Positions 50,268 through 59,814 are shown, counted from the first letter of the stretch. The stretch: 64,000 nucleotides of DNA from an uncultured archaeon (GCA_964508365.1 CAZDTP010000009.1:20966-84965), one strand, 5' to 3'. Made by a program: numbers and translations. Notes: generated by a model not told the origin, from the sequence alone.

Positions 50268-50982
50268 AATCCTTCAAGTAATCATCTACAGCGAATTTTT
50301 GATTTTGAATAAATTGAATATAATTATTTTCAAGATTTTTTACATCTGGTTCAAAATCCGAAAAGATCTTTGAAAATTCAATTTCTATATTTGAGATATG
50401 TTTTTTTAATTGATTTTCAATAGTATAATTATAAGAAATATTTCCTGCGGTTACACCACATATAAAACCCCCAGTAAACTCATTTTCTGATTTAATTAAC
50501 TTTACCTTATTATTAATAATTTTATCGATCTTATTCATATTTCCACTAAAGAAGTTAAAATCTTTTGAATTTAATGTAATTATAATTTCTGGTGGTTTAT
50601 CGATAATATATTTAATACTCTTAAGAATTGTAAGTAGAAAGTCTATATAGCGTGAGTAGTTATTTTCAATTTTATCTTTTATTAAGTCTGTTAACATTGA
50701 AATCAGATCTAACACTAATTTATTCTTAGATCTTAATATTTCTTCTTTAATTTTCAAAAGAGAGGAAGAAAGAAAATTATTTAATAATTTATTATATGTT
50801 TCATTAAAATGCTCCCTCATTTTTTGAGAACTTTCTAAAATTCTCCCTAAATTTTTTTTTTTAATCTCCGCCAATTGAAAAAGAGTTTGCTGATTGATGC
50901 TCTTTATCTCACTATCAGCGCGCTTAATTAAATACAGACCTAAATGTCCAAATCTCTCTTTAATTTCTTTTCCTTCACTAAT
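50260..50982 (-). CDS. atpE: A/V-type ATP synthase subunit E (start extended to ATT 50982, 240 aa)
   Basis: C-terminal GGFIC...ISYNYTIENQL; helical N-terminus continues in frame 36 codons upstream of the track's TTG; position between F and A. Confidence 0.85.
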   Translation of the reverse strand: MSEGKEIKERFGHLGLYLIKRADSEIKSINQQTLFQLAEIKKKNLGRILESSQKMREHFNETYNKLLNNFLSSSLLKIKEEILRSKNKLVLDLISMLTDLIKDKIENNYSRYIDFLLTILKSIKYIIDKPPEIIITLNSKDFNFFSGNMNKIDKIINNKVKLIKSENEFTGGFICGVTAGNISYNYTIENQLKKHISNIEIEFSKIFSDFEPDVKNLENNYIQFIQNQKFAVDDYLKDYE

Positions 50983-50998
50983 AACTTATCATCTCATT

Positions 50999-51316
50999 TT
51001 ATATGAGTTCTTGTATTAATTCATATATCATATCAAAAATTTTATCGTGATTTGTAATATCTTCTTGAAAAATATCTGGTAATAAATAGACAAATGGTAT
51101 CCTATTATTTGCCTTAAAATCTAATAAATGTTCAAAAAGATCATCTGGTAAATCCATATTTACAATGATCATTGCGATTGATGGTTTTTTTGTTATATCT
51201 TCGAATGTTTTTAAAAAATCTTCTTCATGATTCACTACAGTCCCTTCAATTCCTAAAAGCCCAAATAAAGAAACTATCTCTGCGTGCCCAATAACATGTA
51301 TTTTTTCTTCAACCAT
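50999..51316 (-). CDS. atpF: A/V-type ATP synthase subunit F
   Basis: KIHVIG..E.VSLFGLLGIEG; 105 aa; operon position. Confidence 0.9.
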   Translation of the reverse strand: MVEEKIHVIGHAEIVSLFGLLGIEGTVVNHEEDFLKTFEDITKKPSIAMIIVNMDLPDDLFEHLLDFKANNRIPFVYLLPDIFQEDITNHDKIFDMIYELIQELI

Positions 51317-51627
51317 TAAAAATCAAAACCTAATTTCTCAAATATAGAAATAGTTAAATCTTCTTTATGTTCATCATAATATTTTTCTATTTTACTACAT
51401 AAATTCATTAATAATTCTTCAAAATTATCCGATTTTTCAGTCATTTTTTTTGAAACTGTTGCTAATGCATTATTAATAATTTCTTGGTTCTTACGAGTTG
51501 TTTTTTCTAGTATTTTTTCTTGAGCAATTCTTTCCTTTCGTATTCCTTCTAAACTTTCTTGTTTAGCTTTTTCAATTAAATCTTCATAAATATTTTCTAT
51601 CTCTTCAACCCATTCAAAAATTTTCAT
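51316..51627 (-). CDS. atpH: A/V-type ATP synthase subunit H/G (peripheral stalk)
   Basis: 103-aa charged coiled coil (EEIE...LIEKAKQE), translationally coupled to F. Confidence 0.7.
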   Translation of the reverse strand: MKIFEWVEEIENIYEDLIEKAKQESLEGIRKERIAQEKILEKTTRKNQEIINNALATVSKKMTEKSDNFEELLMNLCSKIEKYYDEHKEDLTISIFEKLGFDF

Positions 51628-51664
51628 TATTACAGCTCCAACATGTTATCTTTAATCTTATTAA

Positions 51665-52705
51665 TTATCTAAACCTTTTATGATTGATTTTTATAACTTT
51701 TGGCAAAATTTCAAATCTCATTTCTTTTTCTTTTATGATTAAAACTTCCAGTATTTTAAAAATGGTGAAATAAGCAATATTATCGATTTTAATTTTAAAT
51801 TTTTTAAAATAATACGAAATATAAAATTCCTCAATTGATCTTATTAAGTGCTTCTGATCACTTTTAAATACTATGAAAAATGACTTTATTTCCGCAGTGG
51901 TCCTGAAATATATTTCGATGGTTGATACAAAATCATTAAGATCAGTTAAATTTAACAAATACTCAAGTTTACCTTCATCTAAGAATAAATAATTGTGAAC
52001 TAAAAATTGCTTTAATAATGATCTCTCAACATTATTTGTAATTCCCCTATATATTAAATTTAAATTATAAATCTCCGTTTTATATTTCACAAATAATGAA
52101 ATTATTGTTTTCTCATCTTTATTCAAATTTTGGAGTTGTAATTGAAGGTGTTTATAATATAATTGATCCAAAAAGGCTTCTAAGACAAAAATTTCCTTGT
52201 TTTTTTTTAAGTAGAGAACTCCTTCTCTAATCGCTATGTTGTATAGTGTTCTTTTCAACAGGATTTGTATCTCATCTAATGTTGTAACTTTAAGCAATTC
52301 TTCAATTAAATTTGTGTTGTCTAGATATTCTTCAGCCAAAAAATTAATATCTCTTCTCACTTCTTCTTGAGTCCTTCCTATAATTAAGCTAATTATTATT
52401 TGCTTAAGATTTTGAATTTCAAACTTCATCAGATACTTTTTCAAGAAATTTCTCATGTTCAATGGGGAAAAATGCATTATTTTCCCAACTAGCATAATAT
52501 AATTATTAATAAGAGCTCCTTCTATATTCTCTGTTGTATAATCTTCAATTTCTATATTTGGATAATATCGTTTTATGGATTCCATAAAGATTTCGATATC
52601 ATTGATAGTTTTAATTTTTTTTAATGTATCATCATCAATAATTAAATTTTTGATATAATCAATTTTAATGTATGTATAGGCATAAGATGGGATAATGATA
52701 CTCGT
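51665..52705 (-). CDS. atpC: A/V-type ATP synthase subunit C/d (start extended to ACG 52705, 346 aa)
   Basis: KFEIQNLKQII, EAFLDQLYY, EIYNLNLIYRG; in-frame upstream PSYAYTYIKID (cf. conserved .Y.Y..ARI) lies 40 codons before the first ATG. Confidence 0.85.
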   Translation of the reverse strand, partial: TSIIIPSYAYTYIKIDYIKNLIIDDDTLKKIKTINDIEIFMESIKRYYPNIEIEDYTTENIEGALINNYIMLVGKIMHFSPLNMRNFLKKYLMKFEIQNLKQIIISLIIGRTQEEVRRDINFLAEEYLDNTNLIEELLKVTTLDEIQILLKRTLYNIAIREGVLYLKKNKEIFVLEAFLDQLYYKHLQLQLQNLNKDEKTIISLFVKYKTEIYNLNLIYRGITNNVERSLLKQFLVHNYLFLDEGKLEYLLNLTDLNDFVSTIEIYFRTTAEIKSFFIVFKSDQKHLIRSIEEFYISYYFKKFKIKIDNIAYFTIFKILEVLIIKEKEMRFEILPKVIKINHKRFR

Positions 52706-52747
52706 GCAAAAATCACCTTCAGATAGAATTTACTTACTTAAAGAAAA

Positions 52748-53122
52748 TTAAATCGGAGGAGTTGGGATTTTTGTCCAAAGTAGGACTGCTACAATTAAAC
52801 CATATATTGCTAAAGCTTCACAGAAAGCAACGATTAAAAATGCTTTAAAAAAAGTCTCTTCTCTTTCGGATAAAGACGATATTGCTGCTGTCCCGACTGT
52901 CCTTAAAGCCACTGCACTTCCTAATACCGATGCAGAAAGGGTTATAGCAGCCGAAATCGCTAGAGCTGCTGCGGTTACAGAATTATAATAATCATAGCTC
53001 GTTACCTGAGCAGCTACCATAGTAATAACACCATCTACCGTTAGAAATACAGTTAGCACCAGAACTAATTGAAACAATCCAAGTAAGACATAAAATTTTC
53101 TTTTTCCATTCAAATTTTTCAC
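52748..53122 (-). CDS. atpK: A/V-type ATP synthase proteolipid subunit K (c); start GTG 53122 or TTG 53113
   Basis: Single hairpin with FCEALAIYGLIVAVLL (ion-binding Glu), SEREE.F loop, extra N-terminal hydrophobic segment. Confidence 0.93.
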   Translation of the reverse strand: MKNLNGKRKFYVLLGLFQLVLVLTVFLTVDGVITMVAAQVTSYDYYNSVTAAALAISAAITLSASVLGSAVALRTVGTAAISSLSEREETFFKAFLIVAFCEALAIYGLIVAVLLWTKIPTPPI

Positions 53123-53390
53123 TACTTTAATTTGTATGATCTATTGTTTTATTAATATTTTTTTATAAACAATAATAAAAATATACGTATAAACTTTACT
53201 GTTTAAAAGTATAACCTTCACGATTTACTAAACAGTATCAAAGGATTTTGAACTCTGAATCCTAATGAACTGTGACTTATTCTATTTATTTTTATAACTT
53301 AATTGATATTGTGAAACATTATTTTTATAATTTATAAATATTAGATTACTTACCGCTAAATTTATTAGAAAGAAGTGATTATATTTATGT

Positions 53391-54698
53391 ATGCAAGTAC
53401 AAAATATAGTTCTAAAACCCTTTATGGATTTGGGAACCGAATCACTTCTTTCCAACCATTATATGCTCGCATTTTATAAAAAGTTTTGTGATGTAATTGT
53501 TTCTCGCACGTGGAAGTTCAAAAGAGCTAAAAACGCAAGATATGAGGATCGAGACTTCTTGAAGGTGTTCTTCTTTTCTGAAATCTTAGGTAGGTCGCTC
53601 CATGATACCAGTGAAATGCTGAACGAGCACCTATTAAGGAATAAAAAAGGAAGACGCAAAACCTTCGCTGACGGGAGGAGAAGACGCGTCATTCCGCATC
53701 AGACCGAGGTAAACAAGTACCTTCGCAAAATTGGATTGAATAAAGCGCGTAATATTCTGCGAATTTGCCTGGATTCCCAATTAATGGAAGCCTTGAGACT
53801 TAGGCTTATCTCAAAAAAGGTTAATGTAATCATTGACTTCACTGAACATCCATATTACGGTCAACGTAAAGATATAATGATAAAAGGTACCAGTCGGCAA
53901 AAAGGCACTAAGAAAATGCGGCATTACCTCGGTTTCTCGATTTTGTCGAAGAATGTCCATCTTTATGCGGGATTGGAACATGTGGCTAACGGACAATCTA
54001 AAATACCCATAATCCTAAAATTCCTTGATCACTTGCTCGATCTCGGATTTGAGCTGAGATATGTATTAATGGATCGAGAATTTTATAGAGCGGTGCTCTT
54101 ACATGAGATAAAAGTCAAGAATGGCAATGTCTTAATTCCAACCAAAGAATACAAAAAGGTTAGGGGGATGATCGAAGCTTACATAAAGGGAGAAGGAAAT
54201 CGGGTGCGGAGATACATGTTTTCCAGTGCCACCGAAGCAAAACACCGATTTTTTCAACATGTTTACCTGATAATAAAAGCAAAACGCGGATTCACTCTTC
54301 AGGGCGTGAAACGAGACTATCGAATGAGTAAAATATCTTTAGACGATGCCCGGAAGCGGGTGTTTGCCATCATGACTACCGAGAAACCTAAAGGAAAGAC
54401 GAGTTCATGGGCGTCCCGCACTTCATTATTTTATCGACGACGATGGTTGATCGAAACGGGATTCAGCGACTTAAATCGAATTAATCGTCGATGGAAATCG
54501 AATCACGATAATGTGCGATATCTTGACATGCTGGCAAGATTGCTGCTTTATAATTCGTGGAAAATGAATAAGAGATTGATTAAAAATGCAAGAACTCAGG
54601 AGGGAAGAACGAGAAAATGGAGCTTGAATCAAAATCAGGATTACTTGAAGCAGCTATTTCTAACATCGGAGAAAAAATCACGGGGGGTGATTGGTTAA
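53391..54698 (+). mobile_element. IS4-superfamily (ISH3-like) DDE transposase; element ends not defined
   Basis: IIDFTEHPYYG, LMDREFY, YRRRWLIETGF (Y-R-x-R-W-x-I-E signature); visibly higher GC than the flanks. Confidence 0.88.
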
Positions 54699-54847
54699 AT
54701 TTAAAATAATGTCGGCTCTCCGAACACGGAAAATAATATTAAAAAAAATAAATACTTGAATACTATACTAAAAAAAAAGATATTTGTTTAAAAATCTTCG
54801 AATAAATTCAATTTCAAGGAAATGATTCTCTTGGAAAAAAGATCGAA

Positions 54848-55504
54848 TTACTGATATAAAAGAACTCTTAATGTATCAGCTATATCGTGCACTCTATCTG
54901 CCATTTGTTCTAATAAAACAATACTATCTCTAACCCTTAATAGTGTTCTAAAGTCTTCAACATTGGTATATATAAATTCAAGAAATTGTCTGTATGTTTT
55001 ATCTATCTCTGATTCAAGAGCGTGAATGGAGGTAGTGTTATCAAATACTATATCTGGCGCATCTCTCAAATTTTTTATAGTAGTTTTTAAAATATCAACC
55101 ATCTCTATTATCTGGTTCAATAGTTTATGGTATTTCTTCTTAATTTCTTTTTCTTTTTTTTCTTTTAAGTTGATATTGCCTAACATTTCAACAAATTCGA
55201 GGGGGTAATTTATTATATTATCCATCCTCAAAACTAAATTTACGTAGGCTCCCATCTTAAATGCTTGTGCTTCGGAAAAATTTTGAATGAGACGAATTTT
55301 TAATTCGTCACCTTCTTCTTCAGATAACTGCATTTTAGTCTTCTTCTTTTCTAAGTTTTTTCTATTATTCTCGAAATCTTCTGCCCAAGCAGAGTAATAT
55401 ACCCCCATATCACTAGTAACGCTATATATTATTCTTGAATGTTCTATGAGTAATGTTATTATCTCTTCTTTAACTTTCCTATTGGATGACATTTTGAAAA
55501 TCAC
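54848..55504 (-). CDS. DUF47/PhoU-like helical-bundle protein (copy 1)
   Basis: EEEGDELK..L, LRMDNII, IHALESEIDKTYR, LEQMADRVHDIAD.LRVL. Confidence 0.85.
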   Translation of the reverse strand: MIFKMSSNRKVKEEIITLLIEHSRIIYSVTSDMGVYYSAWAEDFENNRKNLEKKKTKMQLSEEEGDELKIRLIQNFSEAQAFKMGAYVNLVLRMDNIINYPLEFVEMLGNINLKEKKEKEIKKKYHKLLNQIIEMVDILKTTIKNLRDAPDIVFDNTTSIHALESEIDKTYRQFLEFIYTNVEDFRTLLRVRDSIVLLEQMADRVHDIADTLRVLLYQ

Positions 55505-55622
55505 TAATTTTTATATACTTAAGAATATAATATGATAAAATAAATAAAAGTCATCAGTTTTTAACTATAAAATAATATTCAAAAAAAAAAAATGAAATTT
55601 TTATAAAGAGGCTGATTCTTAA

Positions 55623-56282
55623 GTGTCTTATGTTTATATGAAAACATTGGAAAAGAAAGCAGAAAAATACGACAAAGGAATAAAGAATTTAACATTAGGG
55701 CGCTTACCAAAAATTAAAAAATATATTTCAGATAATTTAGTTAATAAGGATGAGACAGTTTTAGATATCGGGATGGGTACAGGAACTTTCGCCATTCTAT
55801 GTGCCAAGAAAGGGGCAAAAGTTACTGGTATTGACTATTCTGAAAAAATGCTTGAAGTTGCAAAAAAAAATATTGAAGTGGAAGGATTAACTGAGAGCCT
55901 TCAAATTACTAAAATGGCTGTAATTGAGTTAGATGAAAAGTTTTCTGATAAGTTTTTTGATAAAATAACCGCTATTTTATCATTTAGCGAATTTTATCGG
56001 GATGAGCAAGATTTTTGCTTAAAACAAATCAATAGAATATTGAAAGATGACGGAGAATTCATTTTGGTTGATGAGGTCAAACCTAAAAAAGTTTGGAAAA
56101 AAATTGTTTATTTCTTCATAAGAATTCCCTTAGTAATTATTACATATTTTAAGTCACAATTAACCACTAAATCTTTAAAAGATATAGAAGAAAGACTTGA
56201 AAGGTTTGAATTTTTTTTAATTGAAGAAAAATATTATTTATTAGATACTTTAAAGTTATTTAGGTTGAAAAAACGCCTATAA
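55623..56282 (+). CDS. Class I SAM-dependent methyltransferase (UbiE-like), adjacent to the corrinoid protein
   Basis: VLDIGMGTG, GIDYSEKML, FDKIT, LKDDGEFILVDE. Confidence 0.9.
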   Translation: MSYVYMKTLEKKAEKYDKGIKNLTLGRLPKIKKYISDNLVNKDETVLDIGMGTGTFAILCAKKGAKVTGIDYSEKMLEVAKKNIEVEGLTESLQITKMAVIELDEKFSDKFFDKITAILSFSEFYRDEQDFCLKQINRILKDDGEFILVDEVKPKKVWKKIVYFFIRIPLVIITYFKSQLTTKSLKDIEERLERFEFFLIEEKYYLLDTLKLFRLKKRL

Positions 56283-56328
56283 ATATAATAAGGTATTATA
56301 GATAATAGCATTATTAGATGTGAGAAAA

Positions 56329-57420
56329 ATGAGTGTAATAGAGTCAATAAAATTATTCCTCGGTTATTTTCTAAGATGGACTGGTTTTCCTGTAGAACCA
56401 ACCCTCATTAAAATTGGAAACCCTACGAGTGAAAGCCCTGTATTACTGACTTGTAATTTTAATTTAACAGTAAAACGAGTTTTAAAGGCAATAAAAAATC
56501 TCGATTGTTATCTATTAGTTGCTCCATCTAGAGGAATTAATGTATGGTGTGGAGCGTGCGGAGATGATTTTAATACGGATTCTGTCTTATCAATTATAAA
56601 AACCAGTGGAATTAATGATCTTGTTTCTCATAGAACTTTAATTTTACCTCAATTAGGTGCTCCTGGAATAGATCCAATCGTTATTAAAAAAAAGACGGGG
56701 TGGGGTGTAAAGTTCGGACCTGTATATGCTAAAGATATTCCATCTTTTATAAAACAAAAATTCCCTAAATCAGAGGCACAGAGAATAGTAAGATTTCCTA
56801 TCTCTCATAGAGCAGAAATGGCTACACTATATTTCTTTATTTTAATTCTTCTTGTTTCAGCTATCTATTGGATTGTTGCTATTTTTTTACTAATTTTGAA
56901 TCTATTACTTTATTTAGACACACTTTTGATTTTTGTCATCATAATTTATGGACCTATGATACTATTACCTAGCATTCCCACAAAAACAGGAAAAATAAAA
57001 GTATGGGTTTATGAAGGGATTCTAATCTTAATAATTACGCTCTTTAATTTATTTATCATTTTTGATCTTTTCTATCTAATATGGAATATTATATTTTCTC
57101 TGCTAATTACAATGATTATGACAGAAGATTTTAATGGCTTAACACCTATTTATAAAAGTGAATTAGGCGAAAAGAAGTGGGGGAAGGGTGATAAGAAAAT
57201 GAAATTTCTGTTTGGTGAATATAAATTACAACCGTATGGACAAATAAGTATTGAGAGAGAAAAATGTATTGGATGCAATGTGTGTATAGAAGTATGTCCA
57301 AGGAATTTATACTTTTTTAATGATAAGGATAATAAGGTTGATATTAAAAATCCCGAAAAATGTATAAATTGCAATGCGTGTGTTAAAAGATGTTTAGTGA
57401 AATGTTTGGAAATTATTTAA
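56329..57420 (+). CDS. HgcAB-like fusion: corrinoid-binding domain + TM helices + 2x[4Fe-4S] ferredoxin (start ATG 56329)
   Basis: IGNP..ESPVLLTCNF.LT, GINVWCGACG cap helix, LILPQLGAPG, FGPVYAKDIP; about 4 TM helices; CIGCNVCIEVCP and CINCNACVKRC. Confidence 0.9.
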   Translation: MSVIESIKLFLGYFLRWTGFPVEPTLIKIGNPTSESPVLLTCNFNLTVKRVLKAIKNLDCYLLVAPSRGINVWCGACGDDFNTDSVLSIIKTSGINDLVSHRTLILPQLGAPGIDPIVIKKKTGWGVKFGPVYAKDIPSFIKQKFPKSEAQRIVRFPISHRAEMATLYFFILILLVSAIYWIVAIFLLILNLLLYLDTLLIFVIIIYGPMILLPSIPTKTGKIKVWVYEGILILIITLFNLFIIFDLFYLIWNIIFSLLITMIMTEDFNGLTPIYKSELGEKKWGKGDKKMKFLFGEYKLQPYGQISIEREKCIGCNVCIEVCPRNLYFFNDKDNKVDIKNPEKCINCNACVKRCLVKCLEII

Positions 57421-57613
57421 AAAATTATATTTTAAGAAACATTATATTAATAGAGAAGAATCATCAAATCTTAACTTAATATTCTTAAAGGTAATTTATT
57501 TTGGTAAAGAACGATATAACTTTTGATTTTGTTGAAAGTTCATTTATCAATAAATAAAGATATTTTTTGATGAATATGAAGAAAAAAAGCTGTAGAGTCT
57601 TTTAAAAGTATAA

Positions 57614-58771
57614 TTAATGGTTAGAATTATTCCTACCTGATAATATAATTGAGAAGATAATCGGAATAATTAAAGTAAATATCATACTTGACGCAATTAT
57701 AATAGAAAAAAACTCAAGCGTAATTAACTGGAATTTATATAGTATTGTTACAAGAACTAAGCTAGTACTAAATCTTATTGACATCCCAATACCTAAAATC
57801 AAGGAATCTCGTGTACCTAGCTTTTTTACTCCACAAATATAACTACCTAATAGCTTTGATCCAAATGACAATCCTACAACTAAGAGTATCAGTAAAGGAA
57901 AAAGAATTAGATATTTTATATTCATTGATAAACCCACATATAGGAAAAATATTGGCGCAAAAAAACCATAACAAATAAGTTTCACCTCCGATTCAATTAA
58001 TTTTAGACGTTCTTGAGGGAGAAATGTTTTCAGACCAATACCGGCTAACAAGGCCCCAAGAGCTCCTGCTTCTGCGTACATTCCAATGCCTATGAATAGA
58101 AAAAGAGTAAATATAACAAAGAAAAATAGTGTTTCAATATTCATAAACTTGAATTTTTTCCCCTTTTTTTTTAATTTAACAAAAAATGCCGTTAGAATGA
58201 ATAAAATAAATAGTGAAATAATAATAATAGCTACATTGAAGTTTCCAGCGGAACTTTCACCAACAAGAAATATGATAAAGATTAGCGTAGAAATCTCTAT
58301 TATATCATCTAATGTTCCAATTCCTATTATAGTTTGACCTAAAGGAGTATTTACCTCTTTAAACTCGTCTAAAATGGGTATCAAGATAGCTTCTCCTACA
58401 GTTGAGAATGATAAACCTATTATAATTGAGAGTATTAAATCTAAATGAAATAAAAAATAAAAAAGGGGTATCAAAAAGAGTGCTCCGATAATTGTAATAA
58501 TGAAAGAAGAAGCAACTATGAATTTACTATTGGATTTCATTTCTTTCATATCCAATTCAAATCCGATCATAAAAAGCAATAAGTACATTCCAAGATCAGC
58601 AAGAAAATTAAATGTAAAGGATGATGTGATCTCTTCAAATGGATTATATAGAGCAAGCATAAACCCTATAATCAATGCCGCAAAAATCCATGGTATATGA
58701 AGTTTTTTTAGGAGCGTTCCCACCAAAAAAATCAGTAAAAAAACTATACTTAAAAACAAAAATATATTCAT
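57614..58771 (-). CDS. Cation:proton antiporter (CPA2, NapA/KefB-like), no regulatory domain
   Basis: About 12 TM helices, LFMIGFELD, IGTLDD motif, GFFAPIFF..VG. Confidence 0.9.
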   Translation of the reverse strand: MNIFLFLSIVFLLIFLVGTLLKKLHIPWIFAALIIGFMLALYNPFEEITSSFTFNFLADLGMYLLLFMIGFELDMKEMKSNSKFIVASSFIITIIGALFLIPLFYFLFHLDLILSIIIGLSFSTVGEAILIPILDEFKEVNTPLGQTIIGIGTLDDIIEISTLIFIIFLVGESSAGNFNVAIIIISLFILFILTAFFVKLKKKGKKFKFMNIETLFFFVIFTLFLFIGIGMYAEAGALGALLAGIGLKTFLPQERLKLIESEVKLICYGFFAPIFFLYVGLSMNIKYLILFPLLILLVVGLSFGSKLLGSYICGVKKLGTRDSLILGIGMSIRFSTSLVLVTILYKFQLITLEFFSIIIASSMIFTLIIPIIFSIILSGRNNSNH

Positions 58772-59135
58772 TTTTTATTCATCTCTTTAAAATTTATAAA
58801 ATCTAATGTACTGAAAATTATTACCAAAGGCGTGTTTTATGTACTCGTTTTCCTCTAACTTTTTTACAGATCTTCTAATCATAGGATGGATGAAAGCAAG
58901 ATTTCTTTCAATATCTCTTACAATTAACAGGATTAAAGCACATTATAGGGGTTTAAAGGTTTTAAATTCTAAATCTTTCATTTTCTTTATTTATTTGATT
59001 TAAAGAATGGTTGAAAATTTTACTTTTGTTTAAATTCTAATGGTGATGACCGCCAAACATTAAGATTAAGACTAAAATGTGACCAAGCATAACGACTTAC
59101 CATATTTTTTTTGCTTTTAATTTTATTATTTTTGA

Positions 59136-59810
59136 TTATTGATAACGTAAAATTCCAATTAAATTGACCAAATCAAGAATTTGGTAAATGAGCTTTTCTA
59201 ATATTATAATGCTATCACGGATTTTTAGAAGTTTTCTAATAGCTAAATCTTCATCGTTATATAAAAAATTTAAAAATGATCTAAGTAGTAAATCAATGCT
59301 ATTTCTAAGCTCATGAATAGCAGTAATATTGAAAAAAACATGTTCTGGCTTATCTCGCAAATCTCTAATTGTGTCTTTTAAAAGACTTGCCATTTTTAAC
59401 ACATTTTCCATTAGTTTATAATACTTCTTTTTTATTTCTTCGCCAAGTTTAGAATTAATGAAACTCAAGATAGTTGTAAATTCTAAAGCGGTATTAATCA
59501 CATTTTCCATATTTAAAATAAAAGTGATATATCCTTCAATTCCAAGATCCTGAGCACCAGCTTCAGAAAAATCTTGGATAAATTGTTTTTGTATTATCTC
59601 CGCTTCTTCTTCCTCAAATTGCATTTTCACTTTTTTTCTATCCAATTTTTCCTTATTAACCTCAAAATCTTGCGACCATTCGGTATAAAAAACAGCCATA
59701 TCACTAAGAATTGAATATACTATTCTAGAATGCTCAATTAGCGTTGTATGAATTTGGCTTTTTACTTGATTCTTATTATCCATAACACTCATCTTAATTG
59801 TATTTTTCAA
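59136..59810 (-). CDS. DUF47/PhoU-like helical-bundle protein (copy 2)
   Basis: Clear paralog of 54848-55504 (shared LIEHSRI.YS..SDM.V.Y..W..DFE.N...L..KK and QxFSEA). Confidence 0.82.
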   Translation of the reverse strand: MKNTIKMSVMDNKNQVKSQIHTTLIEHSRIVYSILSDMAVFYTEWSQDFEVNKEKLDRKKVKMQFEEEEAEIIQKQFIQDFSEAGAQDLGIEGYITFILNMENVINTALEFTTILSFINSKLGEEIKKKYYKLMENVLKMASLLKDTIRDLRDKPEHVFFNITAIHELRNSIDLLLRSFLNFLYNDEDLAIRKLLKIRDSIIILEKLIYQILDLVNLIGILRYQ

Positions 59811-59814
59811 AATA

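Noticed and set aside
53233-53262. CAGTATC... as a left terminal inverted repeat of the IS
   Set aside because: No matching reverse complement after the transposase; the nearest ATTACTG at about 54847-54853 is just the stop of the DUF47 gene.
54711-54725. Small GTCGG-CTCT-CCGAAC hairpin after the transposase
   Set aside because: The stem is only 4-5 bp; too weak to call a terminator or an IS end.
56329-57420. Calling this gene hgcA / the organism a mercury methylator
   Set aside because: The cap helix deviates from NVWCAAGK, the gene is a fusion, and the HgcB C-terminal Cys pair is absent.
58788-58947. Minus-strand frame LILLIVRDIERNLAFIHPMIRRSVKKLEENEYIK... resembling a winged-helix fragment
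   Set aside because: Bounded by an upstream stop; the only ATG gives about 31 aa; too short to support.
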